Origin: a bacterium
GTDB taxonomy: Bacteria; JAHJDO01
DNA: 30,810 nt
NCBI GenBank assembly: GCA_043824255.1
Contig: JBDRTG010000014.1
Span: 1-30,810, forward strand
Direction: 5' to 3'
The notes under the pieces were generated by a model, which worked only from the letters and a program-made list of their open reading frames with translations, was not told the DNA's origin and searched no databases. This document shows, in pieces, positions 1 through 8,395 of the stretch (position 1 is its first letter; every line of letters starts with the position of its first letter). Position numbers and translations under genes: made by a program.

Positions 1-73
1 GGAACTGCAAAAAATCACATATAATCAGTTCTTAATACTGAATTTGAAAAACAATTAGCAATAATTATTATTA

Positions 74-144
74 ATTTAACAAAATGAAACTGGCTAATGA
101 GTAAAGCCTTTCTGAAAAGGACTTATTCTACAGTCTCGTTAGGT
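74..144 (+). mobile_element. attC-like integron recombination site (upstream of the HEPN-like gene)
   Basis: Starts with RYYYAAC (ATTTAAC, 74-80) and ends with GTTRRRY (GTTAGGT, 138-144). The interior is an imperfect palindrome: GAAACTG/CAGTCTC, AATGAGT/ACTTATT, CCTTT/AAAGG. Confidence 0.55.
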
Positions 145-169
145 TTGTTAATATAGAAAGGCATTAATA

Positions 170-1003
170 ATGTCTTCAAGAAGAGAGAAAACCGAGATAA
201 AGCTTAATCTTCTACAGAATGCTTATGATTATTTGAATGCTTCTTTAGAATATGTTGTAAAAGCAAAAAAAACCAAAGATCCTGTTTATTGGAAATATGC
301 CCTGCTCAATATAACTTTGTGTATTGAGTTATTAATGAAAGAGAGAATTCGAAGAGAGCATTCATTACTAATTTACGCTAACATTGATAACTACAAAAAA
401 ATCACAAGAGAGACAAAGACCATTTCATGGACAGTAGCCGTCGAAAGGTTAAAATTTATTATCGAAAACGAGTTGGAGCAATTAGATTTTGGGCGTTTAG
501 ATTTAGCAAAAAAAATTCGGAACCAAATGCTTCATTATGATGTTCACCTTCAATTTCCCAACGCATATCATGATTTTGCCAATCTAATTAATTTTATCTC
601 TAAATTTTTTAAAAATGAAATACGATCATCAGAGTCTGAAACGTTACATCTACATATCAAACCTGAATTATGGAAAGAGGAAGAAGAAATCGATAGCATT
701 TTTTCAGCTGAAATTACATGCCATAATGGGATTTTTATGGATAAAACTCAAAAAGAAGAGATTATTAAAGCACAAAAAATAGAAACGTTTACTATTGATG
801 GTGCCAAGTACAAAAGAATTAGATATGGTTCAAGGGAAGAAGGGTCAGATTTATCATCTGGAGATTATGCCAACACTCCTTGCCATAATTGCTCAGTAAT
901 AAGAGGACGATTACATGCATTTTATTGCGACATGGAAAAATGTCCGAAATGTATGGGGCAATTGTTAAACTGCAAATGTTATGTACAAGAATTTCAAAAA
1001 TAA
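170..1003 (+). CDS. HEPN-like domain protein with a C-terminal Cys/His-rich putative zinc-binding domain; probable gene cassette, possible defence/toxin protein
   Basis: 277-aa ORF. Helical N-terminus with 'IELLMKERI' and an RxxxxH motif (RNQMLH). C-terminus CHNC-x7-H-x3-C-x4-CPKC-x6-CKC. Confidence 0.6.
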   Translation: MSSRREKTEIKLNLLQNAYDYLNASLEYVVKAKKTKDPVYWKYALLNITLCIELLMKERIRREHSLLIYANIDNYKKITRETKTISWTVAVERLKFIIENELEQLDFGRLDLAKKIRNQMLHYDVHLQFPNAYHDFANLINFISKFFKNEIRSSESETLHLHIKPELWKEEEEIDSIFSAEITCHNGIFMDKTQKEEIIKAQKIETFTIDGAKYKRIRYGSREEGSDLSSGDYANTPCHNCSVIRGRLHAFYCDMEKCPKCMGQLLNCKCYVQEFQK

Positions 1004-1026
1004 AATTATAAGGTATTAATTAAAAA

Positions 1027-1088
1027 ACTTAACATGCGATTGAATATGGACGCTCATTCGCGCGCCAGTTAAGCGCGGGACGTAAACC
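1027..1088 (+). mobile_element. attC-like site (downstream of the HEPN-like gene) with a degenerate R' box
   Basis: ACTTAAC (RYYYAAC) 23 bp after the stop codon, then a GC-rich imperfect palindrome (TGCGATTGAATATGGACGCTCATTCGCGCGCCAGTTAAGCGCG) ending in GTAAACC (GTA instead of GTT). Confidence 0.6.
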
Positions 1089-1109
1089 TCTATATTTCTC
1101 TTGAAGACA

Positions 1110-1141
1110 TGCCTAAGCCACTTTTTTGTGGGTTTTAGGCA
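1110..1141. terminator. Stem-loop, possible terminator
   Basis: TGCCTAAG-CCAC-tttttt-GTGG-gttTTAGGCA inverted repeat between convergent genes. Confidence 0.4.
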
Positions 1142-1146
1142 CTGTT

Positions 1147-1167
1147 TGGGCACAAAATGGGCACAAA
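1147..1167 (+). repeat. Direct repeat TGGGCACAAA x2 (11-bp period), resembling tyrosine-integrase arm-type sites
   Basis: Exact 10-mers at 1147-1156 and 1158-1167, about 75 bp from the excisionase stop codon. The repeat is seen directly; its function is inferred. Confidence 0.5.
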
Positions 1168-1242
1168 TCAATGGTATGTTGATATATAACTATATTGAAT
1201 AGCAATAAGTTGCAGTAAGTGGTGTCAAATACTTACTTCAGA

Positions 1243-1440
1243 CTATATCTCAATTTTATACGTTAATCTTCCCTTTTTACTCCTGCTCTCAACCCACTTA
1301 GATACTGCTTTTTCATTGAATCTTACACATTTGCCCAACTTTAAATATGGGATAAAACCGCTATGCACCCAGAAATAGACTGTTGAAGGTGCTACTTGTA
1401 AAACTTCAGCTAATTGTTTAGTGGTTAATAGCCTTTCCAT
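1243..1440 (-). CDS. Excisionase / HTH_17 (MerR-like) DNA-binding protein
   Basis: 65 aa: LLTTKQLAEVLQVAPSTVYFWVHSGFIPYLKLGKCVRF, a typical Xis-family winged HTH. Confidence 0.85.
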   Translation of the reverse strand: MERLLTTKQLAEVLQVAPSTVYFWVHSGFIPYLKLGKCVRFNEKAVSKWVESRSKKGRLTYKIEI

Positions 1441-1516
1441 ATTTAAGCCAATATCTTTTTAATAAAAATTTTCTGTGTCATTTTTTCGGCAATTTTTATT
1501 TCTTCGTGTCTTAGCT

Positions 1517-1720
1517 TTACTTCGCTTCCTTCTTTTTGATCGGCTTTTTCTCATACTCTTCCACTGCTTCCCGTATCTGCTGACTTACCAATGTTCCCTT
1601 TTTATCAGCAATTTCTTCTAGGTCTTGCCATTGCTGACTATAAAGTCTTAATGTAGTGAGTTTTTCTTTGTTTATTTTTGCCAGCGGTTTTTTTATTACA
1701 TTTAAAGCAGCATTTTTCAA
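1517..1720 (-). CDS. Ribbon-helix-helix (CopG-like) protein, copy 1
   Basis: TTLRLYSQQWQDLEEIADKKGTLVSQQIREAVEEY fits the beta-helix-helix pattern. TTG start just after GGGGGA. Confidence 0.7.
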   Translation of the reverse strand: MKNAALNVIKKPLAKINKEKLTTLRLYSQQWQDLEEIADKKGTLVSQQIREAVEEYEKKPIKKKEAK

Positions 1721-1942
1721 TCCCCCAAACGGGTAAAAACATATCCCCCATTTAGGTAATTTTGCTCTTCCACTGCTTCCCGTATCTGCTGGCTTACAGA
1801 TGTTTCCTTTTTATCAGCAATTTCTGCTAAGTCTTGCCATTGCTGACTATAAAGTCTTAGTGTAGTGAGCGTTTCTTTGTTTATTTTTGTATTACATTTA
1901 AAGTACATTTTTCAATCCCCCAAATGGCTAAAAATCATATCC
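1556..1942. repeat. Tandem duplication of ~180-190 bp (1556-1746 and 1765-1942)
   Basis: Both copies run CTCTTCCACTGCTTCCCGTATCTGCTG...TTGCCATTGCTGACTATAAAGTCTTA...CATTTTTCAATCCCCCAAA...CATATCC, differing by scattered substitutions and small indels. Confidence 0.9.
1717..1908 (-). CDS. Ribbon-helix-helix protein, copy 2 (paralogue with altered N- and C-termini)
   Basis: Core nearly identical to copy 1. The homologous TTG start is now out of frame (TTG AAA AAT GTA CTT TAA), so the ORF uses a nearby ATG. Confidence 0.55.
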   Translation of the reverse strand: MYFKCNTKINKETLTTLRLYSQQWQDLAEIADKKETSVSQQIREAVEEQNYLNGGYVFTRLGD

Positions 1943-1966
1943 ATATGGCTAAAAATTCGTTATTTT

Positions 1967-2338
1967 ATGTTTCTTAATGATGTCTTTTTACTGCTTTCAT
2001 ATTTTAAAAGAGGCCGATTTTGGTGTTGGAATTTGTGTCCAAGAGGGGCTTTTGTAGATATCGTGTTATTAAGATTCAGCGCAAAAAGACCTGTGCTTAA
2101 AATTTTTACAAAGCAATGGTTTCGTTGGCTGATATTTGTTATATTCATCAGCTTTTTAACATTTCGTATTATTCAAACAGGCGGTAATCTGATTGCCATA
2201 GGCGCAGTTTTTGTAACAATGTGTTTAGTAACAACTATAATTGCTATTGTCTTAGGCATTCCAATGAAACAGCGTGCATGGTGTATGGTTTACCCGATGG
2301 GAACTTTGCAGAGGAAAATTGGGAAAAACAGTTGCTAA
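1967..2338 (+). pseudogene. 5'-truncated 4Fe-4S-binding membrane protein (Fer4_5 / NapH-RdxA-like CxxxCP family)
   Basis: GRFWCWNLCPRG motif, transmembrane helices, and a second motif degenerated to RAWCMVYPMG. The ORF-track start (1865) lies inside the RHH duplication. Confidence 0.6.
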
Positions 2339-2380
2339 GTAATTATAATATAAGTAAAATATTATGCAGTAAAAGAGGAG

Positions 2381-2584
2381 GTGAAAGCATTAATTAACAG
2401 TAAAGTTCCTTTTATCGCCCAAAATTTGGAAGAAGTTTTAGATTACCTTATAGGAGAAACTTATTTCACCGTAAATAATTATTCAGACAATTATTTTTCT
2501 TATGTCCCTTCGCGAGAACATAAGAAGGCGTATTTTAAACATATAGAATGGGATAAGTTAAAGATCCTGAAAGAGATTAAATAG
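2381..2584 (+). CDS. Hypothetical protein
   Basis: 67-aa ORF with GAGGAG directly upstream of the GTG; no recognisable motif. Confidence 0.4.
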   Translation: MKALINSKVPFIAQNLEEVLDYLIGETYFTVNNYSDNYFSYVPSREHKKAYFKHIEWDKLKILKEIK

Positions 2585-2707
2585 TTAAGTTTAATTTACC
2601 TGAATTTCATGGTTAAATGTCAGCCGATTTAAAATCGCTTATCGATGAATATGCCAGACATAGATAAAATTTCCCGCATCAAAATGGAATAGGAATTTTG
2701 AAAAGAC

Positions 2708-3286
2708 ATGGGTAGAAAAGTCCACAGAGTTCCTGTTTATTTCGATACAAAAGGGATTTCTGCGCTTCCGTTTGAAGAAATTAAATGTATTTTAAGAGGA
2801 GCGGATGAAATAATTATGCAAGGTGGCCGGGCTCTGCTTGCTAAAATCTTAAAAGGATCGAAAGATAAAAAAGTTATCGAGCTTAAACTCCATACATCAG
2901 CCGCTTACGGCTATTTCAAAGCTCTTTCATTAGATAAAATTACTGCTAAAATTGATTGGCTAATATTGAATGACTATCTGGCCATCAAATATGATTATCG
3001 CCTGCCTCTGCTTGTATATACTGACAAGGGATGGGCAATTGAAATGGATACGCATTCTGATGAACTTTTAGCAGGATTTAGTAAGTTACTTGAAAGGTGT
3101 ATAGATGATTACGATATGACCTACCTGAAGGATCGCAATCGTCAATTGATTTTTTTATTGTTGGATAAAGTAAAGGCAACAAATAATCCTAAATATATTC
3201 CAATCTTAGAAGCTTGGGGAAAGGTTGATTATAAAAAAGTTCAAAAGAAGATAAGATATATAATTCGGGAACTGGAAAATAAATGA
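2708..3286 (+). CDS. Stand-alone RQC (RecQ C-terminal winged-helix)-like DNA-binding protein
   Basis: ILRGADEIIMQGGRALLAKILKGSKDKKV...YGYFKALSLDKITAKIDWLILNDYL matches the RQC pattern. Confidence 0.75.
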   Translation: MGRKVHRVPVYFDTKGISALPFEEIKCILRGADEIIMQGGRALLAKILKGSKDKKVIELKLHTSAAYGYFKALSLDKITAKIDWLILNDYLAIKYDYRLPLLVYTDKGWAIEMDTHSDELLAGFSKLLERCIDDYDMTYLKDRNRQLIFLLLDKVKATNNPKYIPILEAWGKVDYKKVQKKIRYIIRELENK

Positions 3287-3399
3287 GAGTGAGGGTTGGG
3301 AAAAATAAGAAACGAGATGAGCTTTGAAAAGAGGCTTACAGAAGGTGTCGGCTTTCAACATGTGAATATTGGATTTCCCAGAACGCAAAACCATCTAAA

Positions 3400-4278
3400 T
3401 CACTTTGACAACAGTGTCAAAAATTCATTAACCTGCATATAAGAATCTGTTACTAAGCGTTGCCTTTCTTCGCTCGAGGACTCCCTACCACCAAGTAGAA
3501 AATCCGCCACCCACTGTGGGCCAATAGAATCTTTTGTCTTAAACTTCTGCCTAATGCTTTCTATCCCTTCATTCACAAGTTTATCTTTTTGGTAAGGTTT
3601 TATCGTTTCTGCTGCTGAACTAAAGCCATCTTTGTAATGTGAAATTAGGGAATAAATATCGTACGCATCCTTCTCACTGTAGCGTGCACCAAGGACTATG
3701 CCTTTCATAGTTAATGCGGAAACTAAATCAGCTACCTGGATCTCTATTTCGTTACATGCTCCTTTGGGCAACTTCCCTTTTAACCTATACATAAAAGAGT
3801 GTTCAAAAACAATATCTATACCTCTGGCTTTTCTTATAAACAACTCTGATTGGACTATTTGATGACGCTTTCGCTTTCCTCTACCACCATATTCAGGCCC
3901 CAAAAAATCAATCTCTATCGGCTGCTTATCTTTATACCCTGGAATTGAAATATTTTTCTCAAAAGCATAAGGGATGGCTCTGCCTTCTTTGTCAAAAGAA
4001 TGGGTATAATTTCGTTCTTCTATAAGTTTAAGTATTGACTTATATTCAACCTCAGAAATCTTCTTGGGATTAACGGCAATATCAATATCTAGAGAACCTG
4101 CATGAATGAAATCATCATCAGAAGATTTAAAACTCTTTATAATAAAGTAAGGCGCCCATCCACCCACCAAAACAAGTGAGCTTCTATAGGCACCCAATAT
4201 AGTCATTATCTCTAAGAGTATAGATCTTGATGCCTCTACGAGTCGCGTATCTAAATCAGTAATTAATCTCTTAACCAT
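3400..4278 (-). CDS. AbiEii-like nucleotidyltransferase toxin (type IV TA)
   Basis: LVLVGGWA, GSLDID and KDAYD motifs of the DNA pol-beta-like NTase family; lies directly downstream of an AbiEi-like gene. Confidence 0.8.
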   Translation of the reverse strand: MVKRLITDLDTRLVEASRSILLEIMTILGAYRSSLVLVGGWAPYFIIKSFKSSDDDFIHAGSLDIDIAVNPKKISEVEYKSILKLIEERNYTHSFDKEGRAIPYAFEKNISIPGYKDKQPIEIDFLGPEYGGRGKRKRHQIVQSELFIRKARGIDIVFEHSFMYRLKGKLPKGACNEIEIQVADLVSALTMKGIVLGARYSEKDAYDIYSLISHYKDGFSSAAETIKPYQKDKLVNEGIESIRQKFKTKDSIGPQWVADFLLGGRESSSEERQRLVTDSYMQVNEFLTLLSK

Positions 4279-4284
4279 ATTTCA

Positions 4285-5337
4285 TCAAAACTTTATTTTT
4301 GTTCTCCTTAAAAATTCAGCCTGTTCTCTACCTCGTGCAGGATAACTATAGAGATCAAGATACAATTGGATGTTACTTACTATCTTAATACCATTTACTT
4401 TTTGTGTCTTATAAAACACACCTTCATCATAAGGGATATACATAGAAATGTTACTTCCTGATTCTACTGGCCGAAGATCAAGTAAACGCATCCATTTAGA
4501 AAGAGCCTCACTGTCAGCAATATACATCTGTAAACTGGATATACCCCTGATAAACGGAGCAACCAGAGAAGCGCCGGATAAAAGTGTCAAAGCATATTTT
4601 AAACTTTTATCTTTACCAATTTGTAGAACTTTTTTAATTAACTTTTCAAGATTCTGTTCAAAGGAATAGCAAGCAAACATCTTGTTTTGTGTATAAGTAT
4701 AATTTTGACACCATTCATCCAAAAGCTTACCTGGCTCAGTTAAAGAATAAAAGCCCTTGTCTTTCTTAAGGTACTCCTCATCTAAAAGCCAACGACAAAC
4801 ATTAGAGGTTTGGCCAAGACTCACTTCTGCAATTTTTGATAATTCCAATATCTTCCAGTTTTTTTTAGGCTCATCAAGTAATACCCTCAAAATACGGCTT
4901 GATACTGGTTTAAATATTGTTTTTAATTTTCTTTTACCAACAAAAGGATTCTTCTCCACAATTTTTTCTATATAAAGATTATTGAATTCTAAAAAACAAT
5001 TACCCGCTAAATCTAGATAGCCTATGCCTTCTTTTTTAAGAATTTCCCTTGTTCTTTCTCCTAGAAAAGCAGTTATCAAAACAGGATAAACTTTATTTAA
5101 ATTTGCGATCTTTTCTTTAAATCGGGCGGATATTTCACGAGCCATACGTGGCTGTAAGAGCTCCTTGATTTCGCAAAGCAAAAGCCATTCTTGCCGGTTC
5201 TGTATTTTTATCTTAAACGCTAAATCAAATCTCTGGCTAGAAATTCTTTTATCCAGTTCTATCTTACTAATCTTAAGTGAAAGCAATAAAGAAGATACGT
5301 CTTTCAAGATTTGCTGTCTTATCTCCTTGACTTTCAT
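4285..5337 (-). CDS. AbiEi-like antitoxin / transcriptional regulator (type IV TA)
   Basis: GIGYLDLAGNC motif, central wHTH (SRILRVLL...ELSKIAEVSLGQTSNV), C-terminal VSNIQLYLDLYSYPARGREQAEFL. Confidence 0.8.
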   Translation of the reverse strand: MKVKEIRQQILKDVSSLLLSLKISKIELDKRISSQRFDLAFKIKIQNRQEWLLLCEIKELLQPRMAREISARFKEKIANLNKVYPVLITAFLGERTREILKKEGIGYLDLAGNCFLEFNNLYIEKIVEKNPFVGKRKLKTIFKPVSSRILRVLLDEPKKNWKILELSKIAEVSLGQTSNVCRWLLDEEYLKKDKGFYSLTEPGKLLDEWCQNYTYTQNKMFACYSFEQNLEKLIKKVLQIGKDKSLKYALTLLSGASLVAPFIRGISSLQMYIADSEALSKWMRLLDLRPVESGSNISMYIPYDEGVFYKTQKVNGIKIVSNIQLYLDLYSYPARGREQAEFLRRTKIKF

Positions 5338-5363
5338 TCTATTAGCTTCTCCATTATATTAGT

Positions 5364-5409
5364 TTTCAACATCTGTTGAAAGCATACTATATAGTGAAAG
5401 ATATGTCAA
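5364..5409 (-). promoter_or_regulatory. Sigma70 promoter of the AbiE operon with a palindromic operator
   Basis: Minus strand TTGACA (5409-5404), 17 bp, TATGCT (5386-5381). Perfect inverted repeat TTTCAACA-tc-TGTTGAAA at 5364-5381 covers the likely transcription start. Confidence 0.7.
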
Positions 5410-5568
5410 GCACATCTGAAATTTCATCATGGATTTCTTAAATTGGAGGTAAATTTAAAACGGAAAGGATTTAGTTGTGAATGCTACTGCTATTTTCCAT
5501 TGTCTCTCTGAAGTTTTTATAAAAAGAACAAGGGAAACAATCGAAAATAAGCAGGTTTGATGTCGGCA

Positions 5569-5596
5569 ACTTCGCATAAGGCACCTTATTGCCTCT
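5569..5596 (+). mobile_element. dif-like (Xer) site, left; good XerC-type arm, degenerate XerD-type arm
   Basis: ACTTCGCATAA-GGCACC-TTATTGCCTCT (11-6-11), compared with E. coli dif GGTGCGCATAA-TGTATA-TTATGTTAAAT. Confidence 0.6.
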
Positions 5597-5655
5597 TCTA
5601 AACAGGGGTGAGTTACCATGTTCCTGCACATTTCCGCCAAAAAACCAGAAAACTC

Positions 5656-5705
5656 TTGACAAAATATTTTAAAGAGTATATATTGATAATGGAAATCGTT
5701 TCCAA
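5656..5705 (+). promoter_or_regulatory. Sigma70 promoter with an adjacent Fur-type box
   Basis: TTGACA (5656-5661), 17 bp, TATATT (5679-5684). GATAATGGAAATCGTTTCC (5685-5703) matches GATAATGATAATCATTATC at 14/19 and overlaps the 7-1-7 repeat TGGAAAT-C-GTTTCCA. Confidence 0.75.
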
Positions 5706-5721
5706 TAAGGAGTAACATTTT

Positions 5722-6201
5722 ATGCCGATATCTCGTGGCTTTGGCCCAATGTGGTGGCATGGGAGATTTAGAGGGTGTGGTTATAGGCTAACTGTACCAA
5801 GAGAAGCTATACTTGATATGCTCTCTAAATCTGATAAGCATTTGAGCGCAGAAGATATATACATGAAAGTCCACACTCGTTATCCTGCTATAGGATTGAC
5901 AACAATTTACAGAACTTTAGATCTTCTTGCTAATATGGACTTAATATTTAAATTTGATTTTGGAGATGGTAGAGCGAGGTATGAACTGGTAGAAGGGCCT
6001 AAAGGAAAAACGCACCACCATCATTTAATATGTACAAATTGCAATAGAATTATTGATTATACAGACTTCATAGATGATGAGATAGAACTTCTTAAGCGGA
6101 CCGAAAAAGGGCTTTCGAAAAAACATAATTTTAAAATAACAAATCATCTTATTCAGTTTTATGGGTTATGTGAAAAATGCAAAAAGGAAGGAGGTGTTTA
6201 A
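5722..6201 (+). CDS. fur: Fur-family metalloregulator
   Basis: HLSAEDIY, IGLTTIYRTL, HHHHLICTNC and CEKC motifs. Confidence 0.93.
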   Translation: MPISRGFGPMWWHGRFRGCGYRLTVPREAILDMLSKSDKHLSAEDIYMKVHTRYPAIGLTTIYRTLDLLANMDLIFKFDFGDGRARYELVEGPKGKTHHHHLICTNCNRIIDYTDFIDDEIELLKRTEKGLSKKHNFKITNHLIQFYGLCEKCKKEGGV

Positions 6202-6202
6202 A

Positions 6203-6550
6203 ATGCCAGGTGGAGACGGAACAGGTCCAGGAGGAATGGGGCCAATGACAGGCAGAGCAGCAGGTTACTGCGCTGGTTACTCAGTTCCAGGTTATATGAA
6301 TCCAATCACAGGAAGAGGGCGTTTTGGTTATGGCCTTGGCTTGGGTGGAGGTCGTGGTTTTGGTAGAGGTCGCGGCTTGGGACGAGGTTTTGGATTACGT
6401 GGGGCTGCTTATGATGGTGGCTATTCATATGCTTCAGAGATTACTCCTCAACAGGAAACAGATATGCTGAAAGAGCAGTCTAAAGCCATAAGTGAAGAAC
6501 TGGAAGCCATCAACAAGAGGATCAACGAGCTGAAATCAGTAGCCAAATAG
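6203..6550 (+). CDS. DUF5320-family Gly/Arg-rich protein with a C-terminal coiled coil
   Basis: MPGGDGTGPGGMGPMTGRAAGYCAG N-terminus. SD GGAGGT precedes the ATG at 6203; the ORF-track start at 6161 is too far upstream. Confidence 0.85.
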   Translation: MPGGDGTGPGGMGPMTGRAAGYCAGYSVPGYMNPITGRGRFGYGLGLGGGRGFGRGRGLGRGFGLRGAAYDGGYSYASEITPQQETDMLKEQSKAISEELEAINKRINELKSVAK

Positions 6551-6569
6551 AATAAGTAACAACATAAAA

Positions 6570-6608
6570 AAGTAAGTGGGGGTAGATAATGTCTATCCCT
6601 GCTTACTT
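6570..6608 (+). terminator. Long intergenic RNA hairpin after DUF5320
   Basis: AAGTAAGTGGGGGTAGA-taatg-TCTATCCCTGCTTACTT forms a 17-bp stem with G-U pairs on the + transcript; no U-tract follows. Confidence 0.5.
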
Positions 6609-6668
6609 CAAATTAGATGTAAACAAAAAGAGGTATGTTATGTCTGGTTATGAGTATGATTGTTTAAG

Positions 6669-7547
6669 ATGAAAACCTATTTAGATTGTATTCCCTGCTT
6701 TTTTAGACAAGCCCTTGATATGACAAGAATCACAGGTGTGGACGAAACTACACAAAAGAAAGTATTAAATGAGGTCTCTAAATTAATTCCCGATTTTCCA
6801 TTGGATGCAAGTCCACCCAAAATGGGGAGGAAAATATATCGGATTGTAAAGGGAATAACAGGCAAAGAAGACCCTTATAAGGAAATTAAAAAAAGAAGTA
6901 ATAATCTTGCATTAAGTCTTTACCCCAGGTTAAAAGAAAAAATTGAAAGTTCAGATGATAAGCTTTTAGCAGCGGTAGAGTTAGCCATTGCTGGTAATGT
7001 GATAGATTATGGAGTCAAGAACTCTCTGGATATTGACAAAGAGATAGAAAAGATTCTTGCCAAAGATTTTGCTGGATATAGAAAGGGTTCTAAATGCAAC
7101 TTTGATTATCAGAAATTTAAGGATGCATTGAATAATGCTGGATCTGTTCTCTATCTAGGGGATAATGCTGGAGAGATTGTTTTTGATAAACTTCTGATTG
7201 AAGAATTAATCAAAATCTCATCAGATATAAAGATTGTCTACGTAGTAAGAGATAAGCCGGTTATTAATGATGTTTTAATGGAGGATGCTGTCAGCTGTGG
7301 TTTAGATAAAATAGTAGATGTCATATCAAGCGGCTGTGATGCCCCAGGTACTATTCTAGATCTTTGTTCAAAAGACTTTCTTGAGCTTTATAAGAATGCA
7401 GAACTAGTTATTAGCAAAGGTCAGGGAAATTTTGAGACATTAGCAGATGAAAACAGAGCGATATTTTTTCTATTCAAAGTGAAATGTCCAGTGATTGCAA
7501 GTCACACTGGTTTTAATCTGAGTGATATAGTTCTTAAAAAGGTATAA
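6669..7547 (+). CDS. DUF89 / ARMT1-like damage-control metal-dependent phosphatase
   Basis: N-terminal DCIPC, plus [31 protein letters not shown] and KVKC motifs. Confidence 0.9.
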   Translation: MKTYLDCIPCFFRQALDMTRITGVDETTQKKVLNEVSKLIPDFPLDASPPKMGRKIYRIVKGITGKEDPYKEIKKRSNNLALSLYPRLKEKIESSDDKLLAAVELAIAGNVIDYGVKNSLDIDKEIEKILAKDFAGYRKGSKCNFDYQKFKDALNNAGSVLYLGDNAGEIVFDKLLIEELIKISSDIKIVYVVRDKPVINDVLMEDAVSCGLDKIVDVISSGCDAPGTILDLCSKDFLELYKNAELVISKGQGNFETLADENRAIFFLFKVKCPVIASHTGFNLSDIVLKKV

Positions 7548-7549
7548 TT

Positions 7550-8392
7550 ATGAGAGAAAAAACAACTCAGGAAATACAGCAAGAAAAAAGATTAAATGAC
7601 AATATGAACAGGATAAAGCATAAGTTAATTGTCATTAGCGGAAAAGGAGGAGTTGGGAAAACCACAGTAGCAGTTAATCTTGCTTACGGCTTAGCAATGA
7701 ATAAGCATAAGGTTGGAATATTAGATGTGGATATTCATGGTCCGAATATTGCTAAGATGCTGGGTGTTGAGGGATCAAAGTTAGCTGGCTCTCAATCAGG
7801 ATGGATAGAGCCAATAGAAGTTTTACCCAATCTTAAAGCAGTAAGTATAGCATTTATGATTGACAGTCCTGATAAGCCTGTTATTTGGCGTGGACCGCTA
7901 AAGATGATCACAATTAAACAATTTCTGAGTGATGTAAACTGGGGTAAACTTGATTATCTTATAATAGATTCTCCCCCAGGAACAGGAGACGAACCCTTAA
8001 GTGTTTGTCAGCTTATACCTGATATAAGCGGCGCTGTAATTGTTACTACACCGCAGGATGTGGCGATTTTAGATTCCCGAAAAAGTGTTTTATTTGCACA
8101 GACATTAAAGATGAAGGTTATTGGAATAATTGAAAACATGAGCGGATTTATTTGTCCACATTGCAGGGAAAGGACAGATCTATTTAAATCAGGTGGAGGA
8201 GAGAAGTCTGCAAAAGAGCTAAAAGTACCATTTCTTGGAAGAATCCCTATAGAGCCGGAAATAGTAACATCGGGAGATTCTGGTAATCCTTATATACATT
8301 TTCAAAAGAATACAGATACAGCTAAAATTATAGAAACAATATCTCAAAAGATAGAAGAATTTATATCTGGAAGAGCTGCTAAGCGGGAGTAA
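7550..8392 (+). CDS. mrp: Mrp/NBP35 (ApbC) Fe-S cluster carrier ATPase
   Basis: [32 protein letters not shown] and [11 protein letters not shown] motifs. Confidence 0.93.
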   Translation: MREKTTQEIQQEKRLNDNMNRIKHKLIVISGKGGVGKTTVAVNLAYGLAMNKHKVGILDVDIHGPNIAKMLGVEGSKLAGSQSGWIEPIEVLPNLKAVSIAFMIDSPDKPVIWRGPLKMITIKQFLSDVNWGKLDYLIIDSPPGTGDEPLSVCQLIPDISGAVIVTTPQDVAILDSRKSVLFAQTLKMKVIGIIENMSGFICPHCRERTDLFKSGGGEKSAKELKVPFLGRIPIEPEIVTSGDSGNPYIHFQKNTDTAKIIETISQKIEEFISGRAAKRE

Positions 8393-8395
8393 TTT

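Noticed and set aside
1220..1240. TGGTG as the reverse complement of a tRNA 3' end (att core)
   Set aside because: The adjacent sequence has no T-arm (GTTCGA-like) or acceptor stem, so no tRNA fragment is supported.
5455..5760. Minus-strand ORFs 5455-5760 and 5471-5662
   Set aside because: They overlap the dif-like site, the fur promoter and the Fur box and show no protein features; likely spurious.
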